Source: Azolla caroliniana
Lineage: Eukaryota > Plantae > Polypodiophyta
NCBI GenBank assembly: GCA_043228905.1
Contig: JBHGNT010000020.1
Coordinates: 8,742,001 to 8,806,000, forward strand
DNA length: 64,000 nt
Reading direction: 5' to 3'
The notes beneath the pieces were generated by a model. It was not told the DNA's origin and ran no database searches. It saw only the letters and a list, made by a program, of their open reading frames with translations. Positions 23,031 to 35,965 of this stretch are shown here, in pieces. A program made the position numbers and the translations under genes. The stretch's first letter is position 1, and every line of letters begins with the position of its first letter.

Positions 23031-24687
23031 CGGCTCCATCGCCGGTCCAGTTTTGGTTGGCCAAAACCCTTTTCGAGTAGCTAGCCACCTCCACTCTAAG
23101 TTCAAGTTACCTTGAACTCTCTATGCTCCACATATAGACACAAAGATAATATCTTTTGCTCCACCTTATATATGATGAGAGCCGTATTTGTCGTGCCTAT
23201 GTGGGATATCTCACAATTTTCTCTTTTCTTTTCACAAACTTTATACTCTCATATCTTGACATTTAGTTGTCTATTTCTCGTGTAATAAAGTGCATTCGAA
23301 ACCTCCATCATTTTGTACTTAGATATTAAAAATGTTATCTTCACAATTACTGTATTACGTGATTCATACTCGATTTTGTACGTTTTATGGGATTTTCACA
23401 CCATTGCCGAAAATCTTCACGACAACGTGTGCATTTTATGTGTTTAAGGTCAAGTTAGTCTAGGATTATTGTATTGTTTATACCTCTCCCCCATATGTAC
23501 ATGTCCCCATTTAACTGGTATTCCTTTGTATATGAAGAATGTGTAAAATTTTGCCTAGAACCTAGGCTAACATATGATGACCTCATACCTAACATATGGG
23601 AACTAGTGAAGAATGGTATTAATCCCTTCATGAAGCTAGGAAAGCTAATGATAATCTTAATTAAGATGTAATTAATAAAACACATGATCCTAGCCTCTTT
23701 CATAGAAAATGTGGCCGATCTAGCATAAGACTCCAATCTAACATTGGTAATGAACACATAAACATGAGCCTTTCTTGAATGATCAATGATGTGATAATCT
23801 AACAACCTAATCAAACGTTTTCATTCGATCAAAGATTCTCACCAAGGTGATGATAAAATGAGGTAGTTTGCATATTTATATCTTGAGTCAAAGACCCCTT
23901 GATCACCACTTACATGCTTACGTGTGGCAAACCATGCTAGGTTGTTTGAGACTATAGGGTAGTTATCCTTCTTGATTTATATATTTATTTATGATAGACT
24001 ATTCCCATTTGGACCTAAAGCTATGTCCGTAACAAATAATTATTGAATTCATGCCATGAACTTTGAACCCAAGCTTGAACTTGCCCACAACTAAAAATTG
24101 TTTGGTTAGCATGTCTTAGATATTAAACAATGAATGTCATGGTTTTCCAACAAAAGTTTAAGAAATAGCAAAATTAATTACATTAAGTCAATGTTCTCCT
24201 TATAATATTCCTGGTGCATGTGGGACACAATGACCTCATTATTGACCCCATGTTCTTATATTGAAGGTTCCACTAAATAAGCTTTCTTCTTTGAGAATAA
24301 AAAATACTTTTTTCTTTGTGCAAGTACAATCCTAGACACGTCAATGTTAAAGGTTTTTAATTTCTATAAACATTTGAAGTGCTTTAAGAATTACATGAAA
24401 AGAAGGATATCATCATTTGGAGTAGGTAATGTACTATCAATATGTTAAAATGCGTGTGTTTGTATATTAAAAATCTTATAGAAACATTTATGTTAAAATG
24501 TGTGTGTATACTTTGGAAATATTCTATAAACATTTGAAGTACTTGAACAATAGAAGAAACATATATTATCATCAACAATCATGCATGATGTACCATAGAT
24601 ATGTTCTAGGAAAACACTCGAAAAGTAGGGAATCAACTTTATTGGACCCATTAATCCACTTTCCAATCACAAGTTACAAGTTACGAC

Positions 24688-25322
24688 CATAGATTGACAT
24701 GTACGTGATATTCGTGGTATATGCCATGCGTGATATTCGCGAATACAAAATGTCCCCAAGAATATTATAAAACCATTAGTTTTTCAAAATAAATTTACAT
24801 AATAAAAAATATTTAATTCACTAAAAAATTAATTAATATACTAATAATTAATTAATTAATTATGCTCACTAATAATTAATTAATTCACTATTAGAATGGT
24901 ATTCCTTATAAACCAGTATGCTATTCCGTGAAGTATCCTCAACAAATTAGGAGGAATTAATTCACTAACAATTAAATAATTAGGGTTTCTACAAAACCCT
25001 GAGTTTGTAGGCTGAGAAGAGGAAATATGGTTGCAATTAGGGTTTTGACTAAAATTTCGGGTTTTCAATTGAAACCCTAATTTTCAGACCAAGAACAAGA
25101 TACAAGGGAGGTGAGGATGTAGGAGTCATGTAGGATGGAGGGGGAGGCGTGGATGAGGCATCACGCACACGATGCAGGGGGAGGCGAGGATGTAGTGTAA
25201 AAAAAATGCTTTTGTTTTAAAAAAAAAAACAAAAAAACAAAAACTTTTAGAAGCATTCGTATGCGTATTTGTACTATGCATTTGTGGGTCCTTCCCCATG
25301 AATGCGAATATGTCAATCTATG
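24688..25322. mobile_element. Non-autonomous TIR element (hAT-like MITE)
   Basis: 13-bp perfect terminal inverted repeat CATAGATTGACAT, subterminal ATTCG motifs and an AT-rich interior. No clean TSD seen. Confidence 0.5.
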
Positions 25323-25775
25323 ATCACAAACAAATACCACTACATCAAATGGGTGAACGCAAAAAATGTGCTTTATGTAAGGGCACCCTCTCTCTTCATT
25401 AACTTAGTAAAACAAACACTCTCTCACTAGAGCTATAGAAGCTCATGAGTCATGGGGAATGTGGAAACTCATTAGTTATGTGTAATAGAATATGATTCTA
25501 TGACACATAATTAATGTGTAGAAAGTAGTGTTGACTTTTGACCTTTGAATGTTCATATATTCTCAAGACACCATTACATACAACGGTCCATTGAAATGGG
25601 TTTCAATGGACGACTACCGAGTAGGATGCTTATGATTCATTAAAACAAATGTTGTCTAAAGTAACGGTTGTTCAACCACCGGATTGGACCAAAGACTTTC
25701 ATGTCTTTATCGATGCGTCGGATATAACAATTGGGAGTGCATTAATGCAATTATTAGAAACCAATTTGTATTGAT

Positions 25776-27810
25776 TGACGGGAACTGGTTGTTCCTTATG
25801 CGCAACGCTCGGCCACAACCGAGCTTAGAATGATACACAGAAAACGGGAAATAAAATGCGACACAAAGAAGAGACGAGGTACACAGGAGGTTTACGTGGA
25901 AAACCCCAAACTAGGGGGAAAAAAACCACGGCAGCCCACAGGCTACAAACTATAACTATGATGGAATGTACAACCATGAGTTCACTGAGGCACCGACCTC
26001 GTGCTCACAAATCTTCGCCACAGGCAGCGGTTACAACAGAGGCAACGACCTCTTTCTCTCTCTCTCTCTCTCTCTGTACAGTTACACACACTCTCTATTC
26101 TTGCACCAACAAGAATGACAACAACAACAACAACAACAGTAATAAGAGTTACTAAAAGTTTGCCCTAAGTCATATTTATACTAATATGACTTTTCGGCTA
26201 TTTACAAATGTAGCCGCGATGGACTATCTAAAAACATATTTACCAATATGTTTCTTCATCCGGTTCTCCGTAACCGGGTACTCCTCATCCGGTCTTCCCC
26301 GGGTCTGCATCATCCGGCTCTCCGTAGCCGAGTACTCCTCATCCGGTTCATACCGGGTCTACACCATCTGGCCCTTTGTAGCCGGGTACTCCTCATCCGG
26401 TCTTCACCGGGTCTGCATCATCCGGCTCTCCGTAGCCGGGTACTCCTCATCAGGTCTCCCTTCCCATCCGGAGTTTGTTCATCGGCACTGTTCTTCTCCC
26501 TTCCCATCCGGAGGGACCTGTCTCCCAACAAACTCCCCCTTCACTCCGGCATGGGGTGTCTTACTAGTCCGATTCTCTTCCGGCATGCATCCAGTTTGTT
26601 GGGTATCAGCACTTTGGTCAGCATATCTGACCCGTTCTCGGCCGTGTGGATCTTCATCAACGCGAACTCCTGGTCATCTACTCTTTCCCGGATCCAGTGA
26701 TATCTTCGCTGGATATGCTTCGTTCGAGAATGGTAGGCCGCATTCTTAGCAAGGTGGATGGCACTTTGATTGTCGCAATAGAGTCGGTATTCCTCTTACC
26801 GGATACCGAGCTCTCGGATGAAGTCCTTCATCCATAATATTTCCTTGCCGGCTTCCACTGCCGCCATGTACTCCGCCTCTGTGGTTGACAATGCAACCAT
26901 CTTCTGCAGCCTCGACTACCACAAAACGGCTCCCCCTGCATATGTCATTACATACTCGGAAGTAGACCGGCTGGTATCCACATCAGCCGACATGTCTGAA
27001 TCGGTGAAACCGTCAAGTTGAGGTATTCCGGAGCCGAATCAGAGACACATATTTGAAGTGCCCTTCAAATATCGGAGTATCCATTTGACCGCGTTCCAGT
27101 GCTCCTTGCCGGGATTGCTCATAAACCGGCTCACCACTCCGACTGCGTATCCTATGTCCGGTCCGGTACAAACCATTGCGTACATCAAGCTCCCGACGGC
27201 AGAGGAATATGGAATCTTCATCATATCCGCCTTCTCTGCTTTCGTCTTCGGGCTTTGCTTACCGGATAGCTTGCAGTTTGCCTGAAGTGTCGATCCGATC
27301 GGTTTTGCTTTTGACATGTTGAATCGGTGAAGCACCTTTGTCACGTACTTCTCCTGTGACAACCATAATTGCTTCTTTGACCGGTCCTGAATGATATGCA
27401 TCCCAGCATCTGTCTTGCCGGACCCAAGTCTTTCATTGAGAAGGTCCGGTTGAGAGCCTTCTTCAGCATCCGTATTTTTACTTGGTCACGTCCGACGATC
27501 AACATGTCATCCACGTACAGAAGGAGTAACAGGAAGTCGCCTCCTTCGAACTTCTTCACAAACACGCAGTGATCGGCCTGCGTCTTGTGGTACCCTTGAG
27601 CGGTCATGAAGGAGTCGAACTTCCGGTACCATTGACGGGGAGCCTGCTTCAGTCCGTACAGGCTCTTCTTCAACCGGCATACCAGGTGCTCCTTCCCTTT
27701 CTCCACGAATCCTTCTGGTTGCTGCATGTAGATCTCCTCTTCAAGGTCGCCGTGAAGGAATGCCGTCTTCACGTCCAACTGCTCTACCTCGAGGTCCATG
27801 CTTGCTGCTA
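25776..27810 (-). mobile_element. 5'-truncated copia: 3' LTR 25776-26530, PPT, degenerate RT/RNase H
   Basis: LTR homologous to 49263-50064, PPT AACTCCCCCTT, LYVDD and SLMYAMVC motifs. Confidence 0.9.
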
Positions 27811-28463
27811 TACAACAATCGGCAACAAGAATAATATTGACATGACCACAAGAAGTGTGACAAGAAAACCAGGCAACAACTGACAACTGAGGAAGCAAGG
27901 GCTCAACAACAACCACCCACTAATCAAGAACGAATCCCTACTACGCAATAAGAATGAAGTAGAACACAAGAGGAAAATACGACATCCTCACCACCCCATT
28001 CTAAAGAAAAGAGTTGGTTAGCTTCGCAACAAGCCGACAGAGAACAACAAAACTAGGAAACAAGCCGACCGACAAAAAAGAATTGTTTTGGAAAGAAGCA
28101 GTCGACCGGCCAAGAGCAACAAGGAGAAGGAACAACAACTAATGTCGAATCAATCGACTATGTTGAGAGGGGCACTATGGATAAAGGCAAAGCATTGGAA
28201 ATATCCCCAAATGAAGTATTAGCTATACCCGACATACCACCACCAAGTCATGAAATAACGACCATATTATGATTTGGCACATCTTACGAGCTTGTGGATT
28301 GGTTAACTAAACACTTGCAGTTCACTTCGTATCAATTGGCGCAGGAACACAAGGACCGGGAAATGATCCAATGCGCACTATTAGGCGAAACGGAGCCTAA
28401 GGACGAGCAAGAGCTATAGAGAATCGGCTGACAACAGGATCTCAGGAATAAAGGGGCGGCTAT

Positions 28464-30500
28464 TCAAATGCCTCTTATGCATATAGCTTTGGTCATAGCA
28501 GATAAAGGGACAGACTCTAACATGTATTGATGTGTAGGGTTTCCCTGTTCCGCACAAAATATGGTTTTGTAGTTAGGTGAAACATCTATCGTATAATGTG
28601 TGAAGCGTGAGCCTCCACATTTGTCCCTTGTCAAGACACATTGGCATTGCAAAAACGCCTCATTTATAGAGGAATCTAGTGATGCATCATGAAGCAAGTG
28701 TCTCACATCCCATCTACCAAACCATTTTTCTTTATCTTGCATCCAATCGGAACACAAAATTTTGCTTTTATGCGTCTTTTGGATCTTTTTGCTTGCTTCC
28801 CATGCAAATCTAGGAAGTCGATGTGAGGGACTTTTTTGAGCCTTAAGCATGTATTCAACAACCCTTTCCATGGCCATGATCTCAATGGGAAGCGAGCCAG
28901 TCTCAAGGAGGAGGAGGGTGTAGGGCGTTTGTTTCTTAACTTGTAGAAACTTTGTAAGAAAATGTCTATGGACCTTTTCAAACTCTTTCCACGTAGATTT
29001 TGGGATGCTATGGCCCCATACTTCCACCCCATAGAGAAGGACCGATGTCACCAAAGTGTCGAAAAGATATTTCTTGAGGACCCAACACTTAATAGCTCCA
29101 AGATTGCATGTGTTGTCAAATGCATACATAGTATGCTCGCTTACCCGCCTCTAAGCGGTGTGTAGCACATTCATTTATCATTTGCAAGAACTTCAAGGCC
29201 AAGATATTTGAAGCTTTTCACATATTCAAGTGGCTCACTATTGTACATAATGCATGGTTTATCTTTTTTTATTTTTCACAAGCATAATCTTTGTTTTAGA
29301 GCTATTGACACATAATTTACGATGCACGCAAATTTTTTCCAATGACTTCATAAGCTTTTGTGCATTTCCTAAAGTATTTGCAAAAAACAGTACATCATCT
29401 GCATATAGCAAAAGCGTAATCACAACATCCCTAATGACAACTTCTTCAACACATTCTTCCTGTGCAAACTTGGTAACCATTTCTTCCAATTCATCAATGC
29501 ATAGACCAAATAGTGTTGGTAAGAGTGGGCATCCTTGCTTAACACCAATAGTGCTATTAAAAAAATTTGAAAGTCTATATCTCATACACACACAACATAT
29601 AACCTTCTGATAAATTTGAGAAATTACAAGCATATATTCACTTGGCACCTCAAGTTCTTCCATTCGCCTCCAAAGATGCTCACGAGGTACCATATCAAAA
29701 CCTTTCTTGATGTCTACAAAGCAACGATATAAACCTTTACATCTAAGGTGACTTTCCTCTATTAATACTCAAAGGGTGAAAAGGTGATCAATGGTATTAT
29801 GGTGTTTTCGAAAGCCAACTTGTCCATAAGCTCTCTTACCATGTTTTTTAGCAAATACACTTATCTTTGATTCATTATACATCCAAATAGTTTTGCCATT
29901 AATGAGGCAACCATCATGGTACGATAGTTGTTTACATTGTTTACATCTCCACCTTTATGTAAAGGTTGGATCCAATTTGTAGTCCAATTATACGGCATAC
30001 CATGTTGCAATGCATCATTAAACATATCACTTATCCATACATATGTTTCCTTTCACGTCCATTTGAGCATTTTAGCCTTTATACATTGAAGATCACTTGC
30101 CTTTCGAGAGGCCAATTTCTTAAGTCCTATGCATAAAAGAAAGGAGACATATGTGAAAGAGAACCATAACAAATCATCTTTCCGGCAAGAGATAATTCAT
30201 ATAAATTCATACAATGCATAGACGTCATGAAGAGTTAAGTCACCATAACTCTCAACATGTTTCCCCTTTAGATTTCCCCAAAATTTGTCACATGCATGTG
30301 CTTTCTCTTGCGTTTGGATAAATTGTTGAGTAACTTCCCATATTCTTCTCTTTCTCTGAATAAGCCATTTATACTCATGCAAATGCTTTTGGTAATTTTC
30401 TTTATCCTTAACTATATCCAAAATCATAAGGCACTTTCGAGCTTCACGACATTTTTTATCAAACCATTTTTTCCTAAATTTCTTGGTGCATTTCCCCTTA
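28464..30500 (-). mobile_element. Degenerate non-LTR (RTE-like LINE) ORF2 fragment
   Basis: GVKQGCPL, LLYADD, FKYLG and LLYGVEVW motifs with many stops. Confidence 0.85.
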
Positions 30501-30529
30501 TCAAAACTACAACGCATGTACCATAGGCA

Positions 30530-33500
30530 ACGATTGCATATAATGGAAGCCCGAATTGGTTTGTTATAAATGTCAAGTCGATTGCCCAAGAGTTGTTTAG
30601 GGTCAACCGCTCACACATTTCCAATATCCATTGTTTAGTCCATTGTTTAGGGTCCACCGCTCACACACATCAAATAGGTCATCGTTGCAACAACTTATGA
30701 CATTGGGGTGTGCTGGCAAATGGTACACATCTTCGTCTTCATCATCTTCTTCAAAGAAAGCACCTTCTTTCAACCTCACAATGCATTATTTGGCTTTCAT
30801 TGATTAATCCTGAGTTGCAACATGCTTTGAGAATGCTTATAAATGTAACAATATTAAGGAAGATACCATTAGATTGCATCTTTTCAAAGCATTCAACTGC
30901 TTCTTCAGATTTTCCATATGTAACTTCTCACCCATTCTTCTCAACATAGAGCTACAATTCTCAAGCTTAGATCTTCTTTGACACATTTGATTCATCTCCT
31001 CTTCTTTCCTTTTTAAGGCCTCAATGCATCTAAGAAGAGAATTTCTGACCGCATTGAAGACGAGAATCTCCCAATTTCACAACTCTATCAAATATATTCC
31101 TTGCCTTTTCTAAGCTTTCACAAGTCGAATACAGGTTGACTAGTGCATTTCCAATTGTAACATCTGAGTCCAGACCATTTTTGAGAATTTGATCATAAAT
31201 GAGTTGTCCTTCTAAAGCTTCGATCATTGTGCATGATTTTAGAACAGATGAGAATATAAAGCTACTAGGTTTTACGTGCTTCTTTTGCATTTTCTCAAAT
31301 ACCAATAATGCCAAGAGTCCATAGCCATTCTGGCCATATCCAACAATGAGAGAACCCCACAAGACAACATCTTTCTTGGGTGAGATGTCAAATAATTTCT
31401 GAGCCTCTTGAATAGCTCCATGATTCGAATATAGTTACTCAAATGTTTATTTTCATTTTCTTTTGTCAAACAACAATCATGAAGAGTGAAACAACAAAGA
31501 TTCTGCATTTATATCTAATTTTAGGCGAATTTCTTCCTTTTTCCCATACAATAACATTCTGCACAAAAGAACAATAGTTTCCACATAGTTACTACTATAT
31601 TTCTCTCATATAAGAACGACGACTACTAGCATTAGACATACATAAGGATAAGTAGCAAAAGCACAAAGAACATTGTACAATAGCTACTAATGTTAGATGA
31701 ATTTATTCTCAGTTTCACTCATACAAAACAAAAGTATTTACTGCCAATCTCAAATGAATTTATTTCCAATTTTATTCTTATAACAAATCATCGTAATGAT
31801 TCTTACTACTAATTTCACATAAACCTCTTCCATTCCTTTCCCATACGAAACTAGTTACAATGAAATACTTACCTGTCCATCTCTTACTTATACACAAGAA
31901 CATCAAATACGTGTAATTCCAAATTTTACCAATCCAATACAAAAAGTGTAATTCCAAAAATATCCACAAAATCAAATATATCTATCGACTCAACAAAATA
32001 TCTAATAATGCACAATCATCACTAAATTGGGGCCCTACAACTGCGAGCATTGGGTCCTTTCCTACGACACCTTCAACAACGATGTTCTTTCTTCTTTGTG
32101 CCTTCTTCTATTGTGCGTATACGTTTGGTTTTTGGACGTCCCGGAGGTCTTCGTGTGGCTGGTGGTAACATGCCTGGAACAAAATTATCATGCGTAACAA
32201 CAACAGGAAATATTGGCTTCTTGTAAGTATCAAAATATGATTGCAACAAATATGCCTTGTGTGCAAAAGATTGAACTCTTTCCTTTCGAAACAAAATAGC
32301 GGCCGCTGCATGTGCACAAGGTAACCCCATCTCCTGCCATTGTCCACAAGTACATATCTTCTTATCCACCTAAACAATCCTAACATGTTTCGGAGTATGG
32401 ATCTCAAAAACATCATTAGTGGATGGCAAAATACGATATAGTCTTCCATCTTGTATGGATTCTCTAATAAATTTCTCTGCATATCCAACCAATGCATTAT
32501 GTGTTATCTCTCCATTAACCAATCCAGTACGTTGTCGTGAAGATTTTCGGCAATTGTGTGAAAATCCTATAAAACGTACGAAATCGAGTATGAATCACGT
32601 AGTACAATAACTGTGAAGATAACATTTTAAATAGATTTAATATCTAAGTACAAAATGATGGAGGTTTCGAATGCACTTTATTACACGAGAAACGAACAAC
32701 TAAATGTCAAGATATAAGGGTATAAAGTTTGTGAAAAGAAAAGAGAAAATTGTGAGATATCCCACATAGGCACGACAAATACGGCTCTCATCATATATAA
32801 GGTGGAGCAAAAGATATTATCTTTGTGTCTATGTGTGGAGCATAGAGAGTTCAAGGTAACTTGAACTAAGAGTGGAGGTGGCTAGCTACTCGTAAAGGGT
32901 TTTGGCCAACCCAAACCGGACCGGCGATGGAGTCGGTGATCCGACGGCAATCCGGCGTCGGTGATCCGACGACATTCGACCGCAATCCGGAGTCGGTATC
33001 CGGCGGTGGCACCGGTATCCGGTGTCGGCATCCGGCGACCGACGGCATCCGGCGGCGGCACCGGTATCCGGCGACTATATAAAATAAATATATAAATATA
33101 TATACATATTTACATATACAAGAAGGGCAAGTATGGATTCGAACATTGCACCTCTAGGTTAGGAGTCAAATGGCTTACCATTAAGCCATGGTATTTAGTT
33201 GAAATCATATTTCTATCATTGTACTTTTACATGTAAATTCTCATACATGAGAGCTAAAATGAGTGAGATGGTTAGCATGCACCACATGTAATACTTAAGC
33301 GCCAAATGGCAAACATACAATTTATGCATGTCTTGTACCCTCACATGCATCATATGCATGAGAGCATCTATAAAAGAGGGAAGGGTGAGGAGAAAAAACA
33401 CGGTTTTTTTTTATGAAAATTAAGAAGAAGAAATTCATTATCAAATCAATCGTGTAATCTCATCTTCTCTCTTTCCCAATCTATCTTAAGTACTTTCTCA

Positions 33501-35293
33501 CCAAAGCTTGTATCGACTCTAAATCCTTCTGGTCCAGAACCCCGGCGGTTCCGCCTCACGATCCGCGTGTAGTGACGGATCTTCACGACAACGTGCTTTA
33601 GAAGTTTCTCCATTAACCCTCCTTTCATAAAACCATGACATTATCTTCTTGCGTATCAATTCCATCATCCCTAGAATAGGCATAGCTCTAGCCTCTAACA
33701 ACCATGCATTTAGGGACTCGGCAATGTTAGATGTCAAGTGTCCAAACCTTTTCCCTCAAAACTTACATGTAGCCCAATGTGAGGGGTCGGCGATGCTCAT
33801 TAGCCATTCAGTTGCATTACTATTTAAAGTACGAATTTCTCCAATGATAACATCAAAGTCTTGAGTATTAGTTGCATCTACAGCTTTCCACAACATCCCC
33901 AATAGTTGAGTGCTTTTAAAAGCTTTTCTAAAATTGTCTCATAAATGGCGCATGCAATATCCATGTGATGAATCATTGCCGAACACCAACATGACACCAT
34001 CCACTAAACCCTTTTGTCTATCTGAAATAAACGTTAGTGGATCTTTGTGTCGAAGAACATCCTTCAAACTTTGAAGAAACCAACACCAATCATCATCATT
34101 CTCTACTATTACTACACCAAATGCAATCGGAAACAAAGCACCTTGTGCATCGATGGTAGTAGCCGTGAGAAGGATTCCTAGGTATTTTCCTTTCAAATGA
34201 GTTCCATCTAGACCAATTATTGGTCTACAATGCATGAAACCATTTATGCTTGCATTGTAAGCAATGAATATGCGAAGAAAGCGGCCTTCAATTGTTTCTT
34301 GAAAATGTGCCACACTACCAGGATTAGCTTCTAAAATGTTTTGGCAATAATTTCGAAGATTTTGATATGCAAATACATGTTCCCCATGGATTTGAGCATG
34401 TGCACTTTCTTTTGCTTTCCACGCTACCCTGTAAGAGATAGTGACGCCTTTTTCACGACGCACATCACCAATTAGTTCCTTTGGTGTGTATGTAGGATGA
34501 TCTTTAAACTTCTCCAATGTTGTTTCAGCCAATCATTTTGAGCTTACTTCTTTGTTCCCTAAGTGTTGAGTGCCACCACATTTATGTTCTTCACTACTCT
34601 TCTTGATTTGGCATTTTGGAATTCTGTCAATACAAGATGCATGCAACCTCCATCGCCATCCAGAATTTTTGCATGCAATTGTTAATCTAGCAAAAGTCAT
34701 GTGAGCACAAATTTAAGATTAAAAGTCAAGCGAATGTAAAAGCATATGAGTGCAAAATTCATGTGAACCTTGTTTTATCCGACTTGATCACTCTTAGCTC
34801 AACATGAGAGCCAATTGCATCATCTGTCACAGTTTGTCGAAGCTCCTTCAAAGAGTCAAATTGCCTTCCCTCCACCAAAGCCATTCTATGAGAGACATCA
34901 AACATCGAAATGAGAGCGAGATAGAGAGAAGAAGAAGAAGAAGAAAGCATTGGATCTATACAAAACGATGAGAAACGTTGATGTTTCTTCTTCACATCCA
35001 AATGAACATACTTTTGTTGCTTTACTCAAGGCTTGTATAAGGTTAAGAGACATGAGAACAAGTTTTCATGTACATGTAGAATGTGATTCGAGAGGTTTCC
35101 TACATAGTGATATCTCATTGGCTACCACTTTGGTTGATACATATGCAAAATGTGGCTCAATCGAGAGAGCTAGACAGGTTTTCGATAAATTACATGTTAG
35201 AGATACAATCTTTGAGTGCCACCACATTTATGTTCTTCCCTATTCTTCTGGATTTGGCATTTTGTACCTCCTTCAATACAAGATGCATGCAAC
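30530..35293 (-). mobile_element. Pack-MULE unit, copy B (interrupted by the gypsy solo LTR; continues at 44802-45134 and 50065-50434)
   Basis: Colinear with 22-3637 at high identity. Confidence 0.9.
32533..33590 (+). mobile_element. Solo LTR of the gypsy family with 4-bp TSD ACGT
   Basis: 12-bp terminal inverted repeats, ACGT at 32529-32532 and 33591-33594, and the empty site CCAGTACGTGCTT in MULE copies A and C. Confidence 0.95.
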
Positions 35294-35965
35294 TGACGGG
35301 AACTGATCGTTCCTTATGCGCAACGCTCGGCCACAACCGAGATTCTTTTCATACACAGAAAACGAGAAATGAAGCGCTACACAAAGGAGAAGAAGATACA
35401 CAGGAGGTTAACGTGGAAAATCCCAAACTAGGGAAAAAAAAAAACCACGGCAGCCCACAGGCTGCAAACTGTCACTATGTATGAATGTACAAAAAAGTGA
35501 GTTCACGGAGGCAACGACCTCGGACTCACGATCTTCGCCACAGGCAACGGTTACAACAGAGGCAACGACCTCTTTCTTTCTCTCTCTCTCTCTCTCTTTG
35601 TACAGTTACGCACACTAATCTTGTGTAATACAAAAAAATGACAACCACAAACAATATTAGTTTGCCCTAAGTCATATTTATACTAATATGACTTTTCGGC
35701 TATTTACAAATATAGCCACGATGGGCTCTCAGAAACATATTTACGAATATGTCTCTTCCTCCGGTTCATACCGCGTCTGCACCATCCGGATCTCCGTAGC
35801 CGGGTACTCCTCATCCGGTTCGTATCGGGCCTGCACCATCCGGCTCTCCGTAGCTGGGTACTCCTCATCCAGTTCATACCGGGCCTGCATCATCCGGCTC
35901 TCCGTAGCCGAGTACTCCTCATCCGGTTCATACCGGGTCTGCATCATCCTGCTCTCCGTAGCCAG

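Larger units (their letters stand above)
10750..23424 (-). mobile_element. Gypsy-type LTR retrotransposon: 5' LTR 23424-16992 (interrupted by a copia), truncated 3' LTR 11172-10750
   Basis: LTR ends TGTCGTGAAGAT..ATCTTCACGACA, PBS 16966-16983, PPT GGTGGGGGTGGA at 11173-11184, domain order gag-PR / RT-RH-INT. Confidence 0.93.

Noticed and set aside
22780-23115. Repetitive Arg/Asp-rich ORFs
   Set aside because: Translations of the LTR tandem repeat in multiple frames.
24968-25085. Telomere-like TTAGGGTTT/AAACCCTAA motifs
   Set aside because: Isolated telo-box-like motifs within a MITE, not a tandem telomeric array.
35755-35965. Regularly spaced repeats resembling a CRISPR array
   Set aside because: Pure tandem 54-bp units without unique spacers, inside a eukaryotic LTR.
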